DNA of 32,000 bases from Candidatus Hydrogenedentota bacterium (lineage in GTDB: Bacteria; Hydrogenedentota; Hydrogenedentia; Hydrogenedentales; SLHB01), in NCBI GenBank assembly GCA_045863335.1, contig BTVY01000036.1, positions 39,152 through 71,151 on the forward strand. Reading direction: 5' to 3'. Shown here one piece after another: positions 22,394 to 31,035 of the stretch. The number at the start of each line of letters is the position of its first letter. Position 1 is the stretch's first letter. The notes below the pieces were generated by a model. The model was not told the origin of the DNA, ran no database searches, and worked only from the letters and a program-made list of their open reading frames with translations. The translations under genes were made by a program, and so were the position numbers.

Positions 22394-23277
22394 CGTCCTT
22401 TATCACGTTGACTTTTCTTGTCGTGATGCTCGGAATTCACGTGCCCGCCGCGTGGTGGTGGCAACGGCGAATGCTTGGCGGCGTGGATGCGGCCACCCGT
22501 GATGCGGTCCAGCACGACCTGCGGGGTTACTGGGTCCGCCTCATCCTCGCGCAGGCCGTTGTGATTCTCGGGATTGGCGTATGGATCGCGCTGCACCCGG
22601 AAATAATCTGGAACTTCCAGATTCAGGCATCGAGCGGACGTATCGGATTCTACGCGTTTCATGGACTGTGGTGGCCCTTTGTCTTTCCGTTGATCCTGCG
22701 TCTCGACAAGTCGCTTCGGGCCCACGGCGTGCTTACAGGCCCCACGCAGCCAGGTCCGGTGCGCACGGCAAGCCTGAGAGCGCGGAAGGTCAGCGAGTAT
22801 CTGCCCAGTTGGAGCACGCCGCTGGAAGTCGCGATCGTCATTATCGGGATGACCGTCGTGGCCGCTCGTGCAATCACAGCGCCGGATCCGAATCCCGCCT
22901 TGCTTTGGAGCGCGGGGATGTTCGCATTCTGGGCCGTCGTATTTGTCGTCGGGTACGCGTTCTGGATTCGCACGGAGGTTCAACAGTCCTACTCCTGGCT
23001 TGCAGAGACCGCGACGGAGGAGGAAATTGAGGCGCACCGCAGGTTTCGAGTGCGCGGCATCTTTGCTATGCAGATTGCGGGTGCTGCCACGTTCTTCGCC
23101 GCGTCCGCCATGGTGATTGAAGTCGCCCGGGGGACGATTTCCGGCTCGACCGTCGGACTGATCGGTGGCATCGGAGGCGCTGTGCTCGGAATTGGCGGCG
23201 GCGTTCTTGGGACTCTCGCCAGCCTTCGCGCCGCCAAGTTGCAGCGCGCGCAGCAGTACCGGGAGCAGGGGCACTGA
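22390..23277 (+). CDS. Polytopic membrane protein (about 7 TM), co-operonic with the GntR regulator
   Basis: ATGA start/stop overlap with the GntR gene. Several hydrophobic helices and a Gly-rich last helix (GLIGGIGGAVLGIGGGVLGTLASL). No family recognised. Confidence 0.6.
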   Translation: MTSFITLTFLVVMLGIHVPAAWWWQRRMLGGVDAATRDAVQHDLRGYWVRLILAQAVVILGIGVWIALHPEIIWNFQIQASSGRIGFYAFHGLWWPFVFPLILRLDKSLRAHGVLTGPTQPGPVRTASLRARKVSEYLPSWSTPLEVAIVIIGMTVVAARAITAPDPNPALLWSAGMFAFWAVVFVVGYAFWIRTEVQQSYSWLAETATEEEIEAHRRFRVRGIFAMQIAGAATFFAASAMVIEVARGTISGSTVGLIGGIGGAVLGIGGGVLGTLASLRAAKLQRAQQYREQGH

Positions 23278-23832
23278 GGCTGGAGACCGGAGGCGGGAGG
23301 CTGGAGGGAATTCCGGCGGCGCATTGCGCCTTCGTTACAGATTCGGAAGCAATACGGCTTTTTGGCGGTGGTTCGACTTGTGTCGAACTTGGTGATGAGG
23401 TGCACCCCCCTTTCGATTTTCTCGTGACGATTCAAGGGGGTGATCCCTGGGTGGCATGTCTTGTTCGTCATTGGCTGCGTTTCCCTTACTGGTATGGACG
23501 GCAAGGACTTGTCTGCGTCTGGCCCTGAATCGGCAGAGCGACGAGATCCGGGTGCACCCCCCCGTGAAATTTGACGAAACAAGGGAGGTGGGGGTGCACG
23601 AGAAATCGGGATTACGTTCAATGTGTTTTTCCATCGGGAGAGTTCTCCTTATTGGTATAGGGCGTGGCGTTGCAGTTTGGAAATTATGAATTACGAATTA
23701 AGAATTAAGAATTGGGGGGCGCGGCCGGGACATGAGCAACGCTTTTCCGGTTTAACTCTCCTCCAGTGGCGTGGAAAGTTCCAGGTTCTGCGAGTTGGCT
23801 CTTCTAAACTATGGCGCGTGCGCGGAAGGATC

Positions 23833-24091
23833 AATCCGCAATCCGAAATCCGCAATCCGAAATCCGCAATCCGCAATCCGAAATCCGCAATCCGCAATCC
23901 GAAATCCGCAATCCGAAATCCGCAATCTTCTTCCTCCAATCTTCTTCCTCCAATCTTCTTCCTCCAATCTTCTTCCTCCAATCTTCTTCCTCCAGCCTTC
24001 TTCCTCCAGCCTTCTTCCTCCAGCCTTCTTCCTCCAGTCTCCAGCCTCCAGTCTCCAGCCTCCAGTCTCCAGCCTCCAGTCTCCAGCCTGC
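23833..24091. repeat. Compound tandem repeat: 13 heptamers AATCCG[C/A], then 12 fourteen-mers in three variants
   Basis: 23833-23923 holds 13 x AATCCGC/AATCCGA (order C A C A C C A C C A C A C). 23924-23993 holds 5 x AATCTTCTTCCTCC. 23994-24035 holds 3 x AGCCTTCTTCCTCC. 24036-24091 holds 4 x AGTCTCCAGCCTCC (the last unit ends ..CCTGC). A 14-nt period is not a multiple of 3, and all six frames are open only because of low complexity. Confidence 0.95.
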
Positions 24092-24153
24092 TTTTGCTCT
24101 CCGCGCGAAAACCTGCGAAAATAGGGGGCGAAGGTACAGCATCGGAAATCATC

Positions 24154-25134
24154 ATGCGTATTGGTCCCATTGAACTGAACAGACCCCTCGCGCTCGCGCC
24201 CATGGAGGACGTGACGGACATCCCGTTCCGGCTCGTCTGCAAGGAGCTGGGCGCGGACCTCTTGTATACGGAGTTCGCGAGCAGCGAAGGCCTGATCCGC
24301 GACGCGCGCCGGTCGTTGCAGAAGATCCGCGTCGTGGAAGAAGAGCGGCCCGTCGCCGTGCAGATTTTCGGTGGCCTGGAGACCTCGATGGAATCCGCGG
24401 CGGCCGTGGCGGAGCAGGCCAGGCCCGACTTCATCGACATCAATTGCGGCTGCTGGGTAAAGAAGGTCGCGTTGCGCGAGGCGGGCGCTGGTCTGCTGAA
24501 AGACATCCCCAAGTTCAAGGCGATTGTGGAATCGGTAATTCGCGGCACCTCGCTCCCGGTCACCGTGAAGACGCGGCTCGGCTGGGACGCGAAGAGCATC
24601 GTGATCGTCGATGTGGCGCGGATGCTGGAAGACATCGGCGTGAAGGCCCTGGCGTTGCACTGCCGCACACGGGATCAGGGTCACCGCGGCGACGCGGACT
24701 GGTCGTGGCTGGAGAAGCTGAAAGGCGCCGTCTCGATTCCCATCATCGGCAACGGCGACCTCGCCACGCCGGAGGACGTGAAGCGCATGTTCGAAACCGG
24801 GTGCGACGGCGTCATGATTGGACGCGGCGCAATCCAGAACCCGTGGATCTTTAATCAGTCCAAACATTACCTCGCCACGGGCGAGCATCTACCACCGCCG
24901 ACCCTCGCCGAGCGCGTGGCGACCTGCGTGAAGCACCTGCGCCACAGCGTGGAGTACAAGGGCGAACGGAAGGGCGTCATCGAGTTCCGGAAGTATTACT
25001 CTGGGTATCTGAAGGGACAGCCGGGCGTATCGAAGTTACGGCAGGAACTGATGACATTTCACGAAATGGACCCCGCCATCGCGCGGCTGCAACGGTACGT
25101 GGATGAAGTGGGGGAGCGCATCTGTGTCGCGTGA
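24154..25134 (+). CDS. dus: tRNA-dihydrouridine synthase (Dus family, FMN TIM barrel)
   Basis: MRIGPIELNRPLALAPMEDVTDIPFRLVCKELGADLLYTEF.., IDINCGC, VTVKTRLGW, LALHCRTR, IGNGD, GVMIGRGAIQNPWIF. The upstream 177 codons of track ORF 23623..25134 are repeat DNA. Confidence 0.9.
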   Translation: MRIGPIELNRPLALAPMEDVTDIPFRLVCKELGADLLYTEFASSEGLIRDARRSLQKIRVVEEERPVAVQIFGGLETSMESAAAVAEQARPDFIDINCGCWVKKVALREAGAGLLKDIPKFKAIVESVIRGTSLPVTVKTRLGWDAKSIVIVDVARMLEDIGVKALALHCRTRDQGHRGDADWSWLEKLKGAVSIPIIGNGDLATPEDVKRMFETGCDGVMIGRGAIQNPWIFNQSKHYLATGEHLPPPTLAERVATCVKHLRHSVEYKGERKGVIEFRKYYSGYLKGQPGVSKLRQELMTFHEMDPAIARLQRYVDEVGERICVA

Positions 25135-25272
25135 AGGGGGCAAGGAAGGACCTAAGAAACGAAAAGGACCTACGAAGCGGCGCGCGGTGACGCAGAAGAT
25201 CGAGTGGATCGGGATTCTTCGCGATTCGGGTTTCCGGAGTTCCTCCATGTTAAGCCGGGTGCCGGTACTCAT

Positions 25273-25444
25273 CCGGAAGAACATCCCCCTTGATCCCCCT
25301 TCAAAGGGGGAAATGGTCCCGACTGTTGAAGGAGAACGCATCGTCTCACGCGCCAAGTGCGGCCTTCGGTTTGCCTGCTGCACAACACAACGTGTTGTGC
25401 GGAATTCCCCCTTTGAAGGGGGATCAAGGGGGATGTTCTTCCGG
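25273..25444. repeat. MITE-like palindromic element: perfect 38-bp terminal inverted repeats flanking a 96-nt core
   Basis: 25273-25310 (ccggaagaacatcccccttgatcccccttcaaaggggg) is the exact reverse complement of 25407-25444. The core holds a further hairpin, GCACAACAC-aac-GTGTTGTGC (25380-25400). The element is intergenic between dus and araD. Confidence 0.6.
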
Positions 25445-25487
25445 CCATTCTCCAACGCGTCGATATTCCTGAGCGAGATGGATGCCC

Positions 25488-26183
25488 ATGCTTGATCGAC
25501 TGAAGGCCGATGTCCTCAAGGCCAACCTGGCGCTGGTGCGGCAGGGGTTGGTTCTCATGACCTGGGGCAACGCGAGCGGCATCGACCGGGACTCGGGGCA
25601 CGTCGTGATAAAACCCAGCGGCGTGGCTTACGAGGTCATGACGCCCGAGGACATGGCGGTGGTCGATCTCGATGGCAAGGCCGTCGAGGGGAAACTGAAG
25701 CCGTCCGTCGACACGCCGACGCATCTCGCGTTGTATCGCGCCTTCCCCGAGATCGGCGGCGTGGTGCATACGCACTCGCATTACGCCACCTGCTGGGCCC
25801 AGGCTTGCCGGCCCATCCCGTGTTTCGGAACGACCCACGCCGATCATTTTCACGGCGAGGTCCCGGTCACCGATGCGATGACCGCGGACGAGGTGGGGGA
25901 AGATTACGAAGCGCACATCGGCGACGTGATCGTCCGGGCCTTTCGGGATCGCGATCCCATGCGCTGTCCCGGAGTGCTCGTCGCGAACCATGCGCCGTTT
26001 GTGTGGGGAAAAGACGTCGCGACCGCGGCAGAGTCCGCATTCGTCCTCGAAGAAGTCGCCCGAATGGCCCTGCACACTCTGGCGCTGTCACCCGGGCAAC
26101 GGCCGATTGCGGCCCACCTCCTCGACAAACATTTCATGCGCAAACATGGTGCGGGCGCGTATTACGGGCAGGGAAGCGAATAG
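25488..26183 (+). CDS. araD: L-ribulose-5-phosphate 4-epimerase (class II aldolase/adducin family)
   Basis: Near-colinear with E. coli AraD as I remember it: MLDRLKADVLKANLAL..LMTWGNASGIDR..VVIKPSGV.., KPSVDTPTHLALYRAFPEIGGVVHTHS..AT.WAQA..IP.FGTTHADHF.G.., LLDKHFMRKHGAGAYYGQ. Confidence 0.9.
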   Translation: MLDRLKADVLKANLALVRQGLVLMTWGNASGIDRDSGHVVIKPSGVAYEVMTPEDMAVVDLDGKAVEGKLKPSVDTPTHLALYRAFPEIGGVVHTHSHYATCWAQACRPIPCFGTTHADHFHGEVPVTDAMTADEVGEDYEAHIGDVIVRAFRDRDPMRCPGVLVANHAPFVWGKDVATAAESAFVLEEVARMALHTLALSPGQRPIAAHLLDKHFMRKHGAGAYYGQGSE

Positions 26184-26412
26184 CGCGTACTCTTCAAAGG
26201 GGACTACGCTTCGAATGCAGTCTGCGTCGTGACTCAAGCGAAGGTCCCGCTACGCCCACACCGTCATTCTCGCGAAAGGGGAAGATGGAATTGGTGCCTT
26301 GGCGCGCCATAGCAGAGAATTCTCATCGCTTCGTAAGCGGGAATCCATCTTCGTCTATCGCCCACCACTCTGCAATTGTACAGAACGGCCCAGTCCGTGC
26401 AAGAATCACCCC

Positions 26413-27150
26413 ATGGCCATCAATTACGACACCCTCGCCAGCACTTACGACAAACACCGGCGCGGCGGCGGCCCCTACATCAACCGCCTGCTTGAGCTGG
26501 CCATCGAATCCAACGCACAGCGCATCCTCGAACTCGGCGCTGGCACCGGCAATAATACGGAAGCCTTCCTCCAACGGCACTCCTGGCCCCGTTTTTTCGC
26601 GCTCGAACGTTCCCTTCGCATGCTCGAGAAGGGTAGGGGAAAACCCCTACCCGCTCACTGGCTCCAAGGCGACGCGGAACATCTCCCTTTCGCGAGCGCC
26701 TCGCAGGATTTCATTTTCTCCGTCTACATGCTCCACCACATCCGGCGCCTCGATGGACTGATGACCGAGTGCCATAGAGTCCTGCATTCTGGATGTGCCG
26801 CTTTCGTCACGACCACCCACGACTTCATCCGCCAACACCCCATGAACGCCTATTTCCCCAGTTTCTCGCATGTCGATACGAGCCGCTTTCAAAACCTTCC
26901 GGAAGTCGAGGCATCCATGCGCGCCGCTGGATTCCAATACGTCCAGACTGCGATCTGCCGCGCCGCACCTGCGCCCATCGACGCACAGTATGTGGAGAAG
27001 GTCGCAGGACAGTTCATCAGCACTTATGCACTCATTCCCAAGGGCGAATTCGCGTCAGGCCTTGCCCGTCTTCAAGCCGATGTCGCGGAACGCGGTAAAT
27101 TGCCCACGCCGATTGTCTGGGAATCTGCTATCATATGGGGAAGGAAGTGA
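26413..27150 (+). CDS. Class I SAM-dependent methyltransferase
   Basis: ATG at 26413 (MAINYD..). Motif I ILELGAGTGNNTE; post-I and motif II LQGDAEHLPFASASQDFIFSVYMLHHI. Substrate unknown. Confidence 0.8.
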   Translation: MAINYDTLASTYDKHRRGGGPYINRLLELAIESNAQRILELGAGTGNNTEAFLQRHSWPRFFALERSLRMLEKGRGKPLPAHWLQGDAEHLPFASASQDFIFSVYMLHHIRRLDGLMTECHRVLHSGCAAFVTTTHDFIRQHPMNAYFPSFSHVDTSRFQNLPEVEASMRAAGFQYVQTAICRAAPAPIDAQYVEKVAGQFISTYALIPKGEFASGLARLQADVAERGKLPTPIVWESAIIWGRK

Positions 27151-27305
27151 GTTTCCGGGTGTACGGATTGGGAATCACCGCAGAACGGGTTTTGGATACG
27201 GGAATCAAAGATACTCCAACGAGTACTTGTCCCTGCTGTTCCTGAAGTCTCTGATGTCCCTCGCCCACAGTCGGTGTCTGGAAGGTCAGCAAAAAAGTTA
27301 CCACC

Positions 27306-28364
27306 ATGTCCAAGAAGATTATCAAGAAGAGCAAACCCGTGCGGCGTCGTCAGTGGGACCCCGCTGACGCCGATACCCTAGCCCGCGAGTCGCGCGCCCG
27401 CCGCGAGGATCGCGGAGCCGTTCGCGTAACTCCGATGGAAGATCGCGAGTACTTCACGGACTGTACGCCGAACGCGCTCGTGATTACTCCCTACGGCGCA
27501 TTGGCGTTTGTCCTGCGCATCGACACCGAATACCTTTGCCGGGTGGACGACGCGTTAATGGATGGCAAGACCTCCGTTCTCGCCCCCGGCGATGAAGTGT
27601 ACGTCGAAGAAGACGGCGAAGACCTCGTAATCCGCGCGGTGCGCCCCAGGCGCAGCAAATTGAGCCGTCCCGCCGTTGGTCGCAACGGCGAGCAGGTGAT
27701 CGCTGCAAATATCGATTGCGTCGTTGTTGTGGCATCCGTGGCCAAGCCCGCGTTCAATCCCGGGCTCATCGATCGCTACCTCGTCGCTGCGCAGGCCGGT
27801 GGCGCCAGGCCCCTTCTCGTAATCAACAAGATGGATCTCGGCGACCGCGAACCCGAAGGCGTTCAGCCCTATCGCGATCTTGGCCTCGACGTATTCAATA
27901 CGAGCTGCGCGTTTCACATGGGCATGGACCGACTAAGCGCGGCATTGGCGGGACACGTCAGCGTACTGACTGGACACAGCGGCGTCGGCAAGTCGTCGTT
28001 GATCAACGCCCTCGAACCGGCCATTCGCATCGACACCCAAGAGATCAGCGAGAGCACCCAGAAAGGCCGCCACACGACTACGTATTCCAAACTCTACACG
28101 CTCGATAACGGCGCGACCATCATCGACACGCCGGGCATCAAGCAACTCGGCCTCTGGGGCGTGTCCCCCGAAGAACTTGATTACTACTTCCACGAAATCG
28201 CCGAGTGCGCCGGCGATTGCCGCTTCCGCAACTGCACCCACATCCACGAACCCCACTGTGCCGTCAAGTCCGCCGTCGAATCCGGCGCTATCTCAAAAGC
28301 CCGCTACAACTCTTACGCCCGTGTCCGCCAAACCCTCGTCGAAGAAACCGCGCCGGAGTATTGA
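27306..28364 (+). CDS. rsgA: Ribosome small-subunit-dependent GTPase A (RsgA/YjeQ)
   Basis: Circularly permuted GTPase order: NKMDL (G4), then GHSGVGKSSLINAL (G1), then DTPG (G3). OB-fold N-domain. C-terminal zinc knuckle CRFRNCTHIHEPHCAV. Confidence 0.92.
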   Translation: MSKKIIKKSKPVRRRQWDPADADTLARESRARREDRGAVRVTPMEDREYFTDCTPNALVITPYGALAFVLRIDTEYLCRVDDALMDGKTSVLAPGDEVYVEEDGEDLVIRAVRPRRSKLSRPAVGRNGEQVIAANIDCVVVVASVAKPAFNPGLIDRYLVAAQAGGARPLLVINKMDLGDREPEGVQPYRDLGLDVFNTSCAFHMGMDRLSAALAGHVSVLTGHSGVGKSSLINALEPAIRIDTQEISESTQKGRHTTTYSKLYTLDNGATIIDTPGIKQLGLWGVSPEELDYYFHEIAECAGDCRFRNCTHIHEPHCAVKSAVESGAISKARYNSYARVRQTLVEETAPEY

Positions 28365-28421
28365 CACAGACGAATGGAATGTTAACCAGCCTTGGCGGGT
28401 TGTTTCATCCATTCCGCTCGT

Positions 28422-29381
28422 CTATTCGGCGTACAGTCCTCGCCAGAGCGTTCCGACCTTGAAGGTGCGGTGGCTCTCTCTTGAGTACCCCTCGACCCAG
28501 CCTTTCGGGAAAAAGCCTTCCTTGCGCACGAGATAGAAATAGAACCGGCCATCGTTCATGTAAACTGGCGCCCACGCCGGGTTTTCCACCGATCCGAAAA
28601 GGGCGAGGTGCGCCGGGTCATTCCGAACGCGTCCATACCTGCCAACGGGGGTATACCTCCCATGAGTGAATGTCGGTGTCTTTAGGTCGGTCCAGGTAAT
28701 CGTACCGGTCGCCGGATTGAACGCGCCGATATCCCGATCGTAATTCTTTCGCGGCGGGCCGTTCGCACAAATATGGAGCAATTCTCCGCGCTGGTCCCAG
28801 CGCATGAATTCCTCCCGGTGTCCCTGGTAGAGGTTCGGCCTCTTCCCGAGTTGCACTTCGGGCAATGGCGTAGAGGAGATTGGGTCGCCATCGCGATCGA
28901 TAAAGACGAGATCCTCGCCCAGAAAGAGTGAGATGAACTCGCCGGTCGGGTGCCACGTCGGCATATGGATCGGCCGGTCCGTACCGCTGGTGAGAATCAC
29001 TGTGTCTTCCCAACTATCCAAATCGATCCGATGCAGACTGTAGCTCTCGTCAGACTCTGCGATGTCTTGCGTTCGCGGGTTATATCCATGGACCGCGGGG
29101 AGGACTAGGGTCGTCGAGTCTGGAGATACGGTTGGCTCGTAGTACCTGAACGCGTACAGCCAAGGTTGTTCAACGCTGCGCTTTGAGCGGTCGAAGACCC
29201 GAAGGAGTCTACCGGTTCCGCTGAATACGAACACTTCCGACGGGCTACACGCCGCGACCCGGATCTTGCTTCGTTCGCTCCATTCACGGCCGCACCCGGC
29301 TGCGAGCAAGACGAAAACTACCAAGCGCGCGGCAGTTCCCCCTCCCCCGCGAAGAGACATTGCATTCGGTCGCACCATCAT
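28422..29381 (-). CDS. Putative lipoprotein, possibly beta-propeller (TolB-like) fold
   Basis: Signal peptide with lipobox VVFVLLAAGC. The body has repeated short beta-strand/turn segments (..VFVFSGTG.., ..LVLPAVHG.., ..ISLFLGEDLVFIDRDG..). No specific family recognised. Confidence 0.5.
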   Translation of the reverse strand: MMVRPNAMSLRGGGGTAARLVVFVLLAAGCGREWSERSKIRVAACSPSEVFVFSGTGRLLRVFDRSKRSVEQPWLYAFRYYEPTVSPDSTTLVLPAVHGYNPRTQDIAESDESYSLHRIDLDSWEDTVILTSGTDRPIHMPTWHPTGEFISLFLGEDLVFIDRDGDPISSTPLPEVQLGKRPNLYQGHREEFMRWDQRGELLHICANGPPRKNYDRDIGAFNPATGTITWTDLKTPTFTHGRYTPVGRYGRVRNDPAHLALFGSVENPAWAPVYMNDGRFYFYLVRKEGFFPKGWVEGYSRESHRTFKVGTLWRGLYAE

Positions 29382-29467
29382 TGATTCCCCTTACCTAGGG
29401 TAGCAGGTTTCGTGCAAAAATGCGATGCCCTTCAGTGCTGAAGTAACGGAGAGAGGTCCTCCGCGTG

Positions 29468-29497
29468 TTGACAGCGTCCGGCCGCGTGCTCTGTAAT
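29468..29497 (+). promoter_or_regulatory. Candidate sigma-70 promoter TTGACA-N18-TGTAAT for the sulfatase gene
   Basis: Perfect -35 TTGACA at 29468-29473 and -10-like TGTAAT at 29492-29497, 43 nt upstream of the ATG at 29541. Confidence 0.45.
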
Positions 29498-29540
29498 ACA
29501 GGGAACGCGGCCGCGCGAAGTAAAAGTGGAGATTCAGTTT

Positions 29541-30995
29541 ATGCCTGTTTCACGACGCTCGTTCTTGCAGTCCAGCGCGTGTGCCCTGGGCGCCGTGCTT
29601 GGGCAGAAGGTCTTCGGCGCCTCGTTGGAACCGAAGGCGCGTCCCAACATCGTATACATCATCGCGGACGACATGGGGTGGACCGGGCCCGCCTGCTATG
29701 GGAGCGATCTCCATGAGACTCCTAACATTGACCGCCTCGCGGCGGAAGGGGTCCGCTTCGATCAGGCCTACGCGGCAAGCCCCGTGTGTACGCCGACCCG
29801 CGCCTCGCTCATGACCGGCAAGCATCCCGCGCGCCTGAATATGACCATTTGGCATGAGGCCGCGGTGGAACGCCTTCACAGCAAAGGCGAAAAGCCTCTC
29901 GCGCCGCCCATCACGGAACCGTCGCTCGCGCTCGAATACGTCACCATCGCCGAAGTTCTCCGCGATGCGGGGTACCAGACCGCCCACGTCGGCAAGTGGC
30001 ACTTGGGCGACGCCGAGCACTATCCCGAAACGCAAGGTTTCGACGCCAACATCGGCGCCACGCTCTGGGGCGCGCCCTTCACGTATTGGTATCCCTACCA
30101 CGGGGAACGCGTCACCGGCAATGGGAAGCGCGAGCATCGTTACGTGCCGGGCCTTCCCTTTGGCAAGGAAGGCGAATACCTCACCGACCGGTTGACGGAC
30201 GAGGCCATCGCATTGCTGGACCGCATGCACGGCCAGCCCTTTTTTCTGCACATGTCCTACCACAGTCCCCACACGCCCATCGAAGGCAAGCCGGAGTTGG
30301 TCGCGTACTACGAGAAGAAGATCAGGGAAGGCATGGACCACACGAACGCCCGCTACGCGGCCATGGTCCACTCCCTGGACCAGAACATCGGCCGTCTACT
30401 CGCGAAGCTGGACGAACTCGGTGTCGCCGACAACACTTTGGTCCTCTTCTTCTCCGACAACGGCGGATTCGACCAGGTCCGCGACGAGGAGCAGGTCACC
30501 AGCAACGAACCGTTGCGATCCGGCAAGGGTTCACTCTACGAAGGCGGAATTCGCGTTCCCGCCATCATCCGATGGCCGGGGGTGTCTCAGGCGGGCGCCG
30601 TATGCGAAGAACCAATTATTTCGACGGACTTCTATCCGACGGTGCTCGACGCTCTTGGATTGGATGCGGACGACGCCGGTTGCGGTGAATTGGACGGGGT
30701 CAGCTTGCGCCCAATCCTGCAAGATCCGGCAGCATCGCTCGACCGCGAATCGTTGTGCTTTCACTACCCCCATTATTACTTCACGACCACCCCCGCCACC
30801 GCAATTCGCCACGGCGATTGGAAGCTCATTGAGTACTACGAAGACGGCCGTCTTGAACTCTATAATTTGCGCGACGACCGGTCCGAGGGGAAGGATATGG
30901 CAACCGACAGACCGGAAATCGTCAAGGACCTGCACGAACGGCTAAGCCGATGGCGCAAACAAGTCAATGCGCAACTCCCTGAGGCCAACGCTTAG
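29541..30995 (+). CDS. Formylglycine-dependent sulfatase (arylsulfatase A family) with Tat signal peptide
   Basis: MPVSRRSFLQSSACALGAV (twin-arginine motif), NIVYIIADDMGW, CTPTRASLMTGK (C-x-P-x-R formylglycine motif), GKWHLG, FFSDNGG. Confidence 0.9.
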   Translation: MPVSRRSFLQSSACALGAVLGQKVFGASLEPKARPNIVYIIADDMGWTGPACYGSDLHETPNIDRLAAEGVRFDQAYAASPVCTPTRASLMTGKHPARLNMTIWHEAAVERLHSKGEKPLAPPITEPSLALEYVTIAEVLRDAGYQTAHVGKWHLGDAEHYPETQGFDANIGATLWGAPFTYWYPYHGERVTGNGKREHRYVPGLPFGKEGEYLTDRLTDEAIALLDRMHGQPFFLHMSYHSPHTPIEGKPELVAYYEKKIREGMDHTNARYAAMVHSLDQNIGRLLAKLDELGVADNTLVLFFSDNGGFDQVRDEEQVTSNEPLRSGKGSLYEGGIRVPAIIRWPGVSQAGAVCEEPIISTDFYPTVLDALGLDADDAGCGELDGVSLRPILQDPAASLDRESLCFHYPHYYFTTTPATAIRHGDWKLIEYYEDGRLELYNLRDDRSEGKDMATDRPEIVKDLHERLSRWRKQVNAQLPEANA

Positions 30996-31035
30996 GCGGG
31001 CTGGGATGCGCATCACAGAGAGAACGAGACATCAA

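Noticed and set aside
21940-23274. 444-aa minus-strand ORF antisense to the GntR and membrane-protein genes
   Set aside because: It is Arg/Pro-rich with no motifs. The plus strand carries a textbook GntR HTH and a coherent polytopic membrane protein with an ATGA overlap.
23833-24091. Possible CRISPR array
   Set aside because: The units are 7 and 14 nt and directly abut one another with no unique spacers. No cas genes are nearby. This is a satellite-type tandem repeat, not CRISPR.
23623-24153. N-terminal 177 codons of track ORF 23623..25134, and overlapping ORFs 23691..24668, 23809..24888, 23771..24124, 23811..24173, 23831..24142
   Set aside because: They are open only because the low-complexity repeats lack stop codons in all six frames. 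Dus homology starts at MRIGPIEL (24154).
25269-26761. ORFs 25269..26075 (minus, 268 aa) and 25805..26761 (plus, 318 aa)
   Set aside because: They lie antisense or out of frame to the unambiguous araD gene and to the methyltransferase, with nonsense composition.
28365-28421. Possible bidirectional terminator between rsgA and the convergent lipoprotein gene (GAATGGA ... TCCATTC)
   Set aside because: The stem is only 7 bp with a ~29-nt loop and no U-tract on either side. That is too weak to call.
29550-30371. 273-aa minus-strand ORF antisense to the sulfatase gene
   Set aside because: It is a shadow ORF. The plus frame has the complete sulfatase signature, including CTPTR.
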